From positions 1,212,719-1,276,718 of the forward strand of contig JAAOMT010000512.1 in NCBI GenBank assembly GCA_016748015.1: a DNA stretch of 64,000 nt, in the 5' to 3' direction. The notes beneath the pieces are model-generated. The model was not told the origin of the DNA. It ran no database searches and worked only from the letters and a program-made list of their open reading frames with translations. Below, piece by piece: positions 60,399-64,000 of the stretch. Position 1 is the first letter of the stretch. Every line of letters begins with the position of its first letter. A program made the translations under genes and the position numbers. This DNA is from Geosiphon pyriformis uo1. Taxonomy: Eukaryota; Fungi; Glomeromycota.

Positions 60399-63300
60399 TA
60401 TTACTCATAAAAAAGAAAACAGATATAGAAAATAGCAGACCAATAAGAGAATAGTAGTTAGCATGTAAACACATTGCTCAGCAATGTGGAACAATGTCAA
60501 AAATCATGGCACATTGCTCAGCAATATGGAGCAATATCAGAAAACATGGCATATTGCTTAGCAATGTGAAGCAATGTTAGAAAATTAGAGCACATTGTTT
60601 AGCAATGTAAACATTGCTCAAGAAATCATAGCATATTGCTCGGGAATATGAGCAATCTCATAAAACATCAATTATGTATATATAGCAGTAATATTAAAAG
60701 TAGAAAAAGCAGAATTCTTTAGTTAGAAACCTTCTATCCACAAATATCAAATAAATAAATCATTCATCATCCAAATCCACTCTTCACTATCAACACTTCA
60801 TGTTAATAGTAATTGATACTTAACCACACTGAAACAATAGCTTTTGATCATGACTATTGACAAATACTAACTTGCACATTGCTTTGGCTTATTTCTTTAT
60901 TTTTTTCTTTTATTTTCTTTTCTTGATTTTATTGTTGTATATTAACTGATTAAGGATTAAAGTGCTAAGTAATTGACATCACGGATAGCCTAGTAAAAGA
61001 CCCAGAAATAGGGATAAAATTATATATATATTAACAGATAGCTTACCAGAAGGGCATGAATGTCAGAATAAACCAGCCACCAAGCTGAAGACAGAAATTG
61101 GGAACACAACTCACTAACCAACTACATTGACACTGAATCTCTGTTCATTATACAAAGGACTCAACTCTAAAACCTTCAGATACAACTAATGTACCAGTAA
61201 CACCAGTATTGTCAAGATATTAAGTACCAAGTTACGAATTTGTTATTTGATTTGAGACCCCAAATAATCATCTGTAACATTTGGTGCTTCCTATAAAGTA
61301 TAATTCTACAGAGAACCAGTACCATCAACAATTATCCAAAAGTGGCAGAATCAGAAATCATAGGGACAAACTATTTAAAATTTGCCAAATCCTTATTTCA
61401 ACAGTACAGTCAACAATTAGGATTGAACAATAATCATTTCCCAACAGAATCAGTTTTTAATTTCTACATCAACAATAAAATCACAGATTGCTTAGGAGAA
61501 ACAGTTAACATTGAATCAGCAAGGGAAAACTTCTATACAGAATTATTTCAACATACTAGCTTACCAAGAAACTACAGTTTTGCACCAATTATTAGGGAAA
61601 TCAATTAAACTATTGAAAGATATACACAACAACAATTCCCTATTATCTATGCAGATAAAGACAAAGAAAGATTGCAAATTTCAGCAGTAACACCAAAACA
61701 AATACAACCACCCAATTGGAAAAAAACCCAAGTTGAATCACCCACCAATTCATCATATTATTATACATTTAGAAGTATTATCAACATCTCATCAACAAAC
61801 GCATCTACATCAAATGTGACATCAATCTTTGGACACTTTCCATTTCAAAGTAAACAATAAAAAGCAGAGTTATTAGGACCATACGGCGATTACTTTGAAG
61901 GATTTAAATCGCAATTGCCAATGCCATCAGGATTCTGATCACCACTACTGCAGCCAGATTTTGGAACCACAAGTTCCTGAGAATTAACAAAATTGAAAGA
62001 GAAACAAGAAGAAGAAAAAAAATCTGAAGATTAAGAATTTACTTATCAGAACCCAATCCCAGAAAACCCGGAAATTGAAACTCCAAATTTTTAAATGCAG
62101 CACAATCAGAATGATTGAAACCCCAACATTAATAATCAACAATACTTACCTTCAGGAATTGTGATCAATCCACCTCCAGCTTTACCAATCGACAAATAGC
62201 AACAACAGCCACTTCAACCACCTTAACTACTACAGCAGCCACTTCCACAGCCACAACAACAACTTCAACAACCAAACTTGGATCCAATGGCCTACACTCC
62301 AATAGCAAAACTTAAGAAATTCACTGGCAAAGAGGACAATGCCCAAGTATGGCTTAATGACATAGAAAAAGCCATAGCGGCTAATGGATGGAATGATGTC
62401 AGAGCCATGCAAGCCATCCCATATTTTCTCTAGGATACCACCAATTTATGGTATCAAAGCTTAGTCAACAAATCCCAAGATTTTAATGCATTTAAAATTG
62501 AGTTTTTAAGATATTTCAGCAACAATAACAGCATTAACAGGCTAGCAAACATCTTCCCTACCATTAAACAAGAGAAAAATGAAGCAGTTACTATTTACTT
62601 AGGACACTTTCACAGAAATCTGTGCCAGATCCAAGCCATCGATGTCAATTATTTCACAGTGGCCCAGATCTTAAATCAGTTTATTTACAGATTATGCAGC
62701 AGCATCCTGTTACACATACACCCAATACATCTTGTTGATCTGCAAGCAGCCATTACAAATGCCAGAGATTTTAAAGCTGCTGAATTAAAAGCCAACCATG
62801 CCCAAACAGTTAATCTAGTAATGAATAAATCATCTGAATTGGATTCCAAATTAAAACAATTTAGCAATTCCATCAATCAGAAATTAAAGGGATACTTAGC
62901 TGACAATTGCACAATTTATCAATCACCACAACAATGCAATAATTCTGGAAACACGAATTGCTTCTAGAATCAGTCACATTCATCATCATCGACCAATTAA
63001 CAATAGCAACAGGAAATACGTGTTTGCCACTATTGTGGTAAACAAGAACACCTACAAATTAATTGCCATCATTGCTTAAATAACCAATAATTGGGAAATC
63101 AATATTGAAACCCCAATCACTGGTTTCAAATTCCGAATAACCCACCAAACTCAGAACCATATTATCAGAATTACTTACCTATGACACAGCAGCCACCTTA
63201 TCAACCACCAGTATATCAAATGCCAATTTATCAACTGACAACACCAGCAAATTATTAGCCGCAGCCACAACCCATTTATTAGCCACAGCCTCAGGTAATA

Positions 63301-64000
63301 TATCAGCCCCAACAAATTCAAACACCATCACAGAACTTACCTTAAAATAGAACCCAAAGGCCAAGATTGACTCAACAAAGCTGGAAATTGTCGATGGTAG
63401 TCCACCAACTGATTCCCAGTTCTTCCACACAACCAGTAAGATCTCAACAACAGAATTTGGGCACCAAGTATGCCCAACACCCAAATTTTCAGAACTATTT
63501 AAGTCTACTGATTACTCCAGAAAACACTCAACCCAATAACCCGGAAACCAACCAACACCCAACACTTACTAGCAACATTCTACCAGCTACCATCACTAAG
63601 AACAAATCACTGGATGCCATCTTCCCATTTGAACTCAAAAAACCATCGAACATGCTGTTATTCAGTGGAGCCACTCTGGAAGAAAAACCCATTACTGCTA
63701 TGTACACTAATGCCAAAGTTAATGGCCACTTCATCAAACTGATCCTAGACAGTAGATCAGCTAGCAGCATTATTACAAAGCAATTCATGGACCAATTAGG
63801 TTACCAAGTTAATTGTACTGCCAGTACCAGAATCATAACTGCCAATGGAACAACCAAAACTCCTATTGGTGAGATTGATGACTTTCTTTTTAAAGTTAAT
63901 GGTATCATCATTCCCATCAAAGTTCTAGTAATGGAAGCAACCCAATATTAGACATTAGTAGGGAATAACTGGTTATCTAAAACCAATGCCATACTGAACT
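60399..64000 (+). mobile_element. Ty3/Gypsy element E4 (5' LTR ~60399-61279, PBS, gag, protease; continues beyond window), inserted antisense in E0
   Basis: LTR end CTGTAACA at 61279 followed by PBS TTTGGTGCTTCC; gag (MAYTPIAKLKKFTG..ANGWND, CHYCGKQEHLQINC); PR LILDSRSAS. Left edge inferred from eroded TATTAC where E0 homology stops. Confidence 0.85.
60470..60660. repeat. ~40-bp tandem repeats with palindromic core ACATTGCTCAGCAATGT in the E4 LTR
   Basis: Units start at 60470, 60510, 60550 and 60591, plus partial copies. Confidence 0.85.

Noticed and set aside
60470-60660. CRISPR-like palindromic repeat array
   Set aside because: The intervening sequences resemble each other, the array lies in an LTR, the context is eukaryotic, and there are no cas genes.
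22300-64000. Numerous 60-110 aa ORFs antisense to TE genes, and any intact host gene in the TE block
   Set aside because: These are antisense shadows of decayed TE frames; all TE ORFs carry stops, so no element here is autonomous.

Overview
Eukaryotic, AT-rich, intron-rich fungal DNA. Intron size, gene content and TE types look Mucoromycota/Glomeromycotina-like (inference). The window has two compartments. (1) 1-~22.3 kb is gene-dense: DDHD phospholipase (3' part), a ~1.3 kb highly base-paired non-coding stretch, an intronless triple-dsRBM protein, an F-BAR/DEP/RhoGAP, RPS24, an eroded LINE relic, a sorbitol/xylitol dehydrogenase, a GCK-III STE20 kinase, and IMPDH head-to-head with RPL27. (2) ~22.3-64 kb is a nest of decayed transposons eroded by C>T/G>A transitions. 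A LINE (APE-RT-RNase H) is interrupted by a pogo/Tigger element carrying captured gene fragments (including a TilS-like PP-loop exon) and by Ty3/Gypsy element E0. E0 contains E1, E1 contains E2, E2 contains a solo LTR (4-bp TSDs), and a further element E4 sits in E0 in opposite orientation. E1/E2 have an unusual layout: Gag-PR-Cys-rich domain-dUTPase-RT-RH-IN, plus a conserved ~235-aa accessory ORF in the env position that runs through the PPT into the 3' LTR. The strongest candidates for undescribed biology are these accessory-gene-bearing retroelements and the structured RNA next to the dsRNA-binding protein gene. All alignments, translations and pairings were done by eye.
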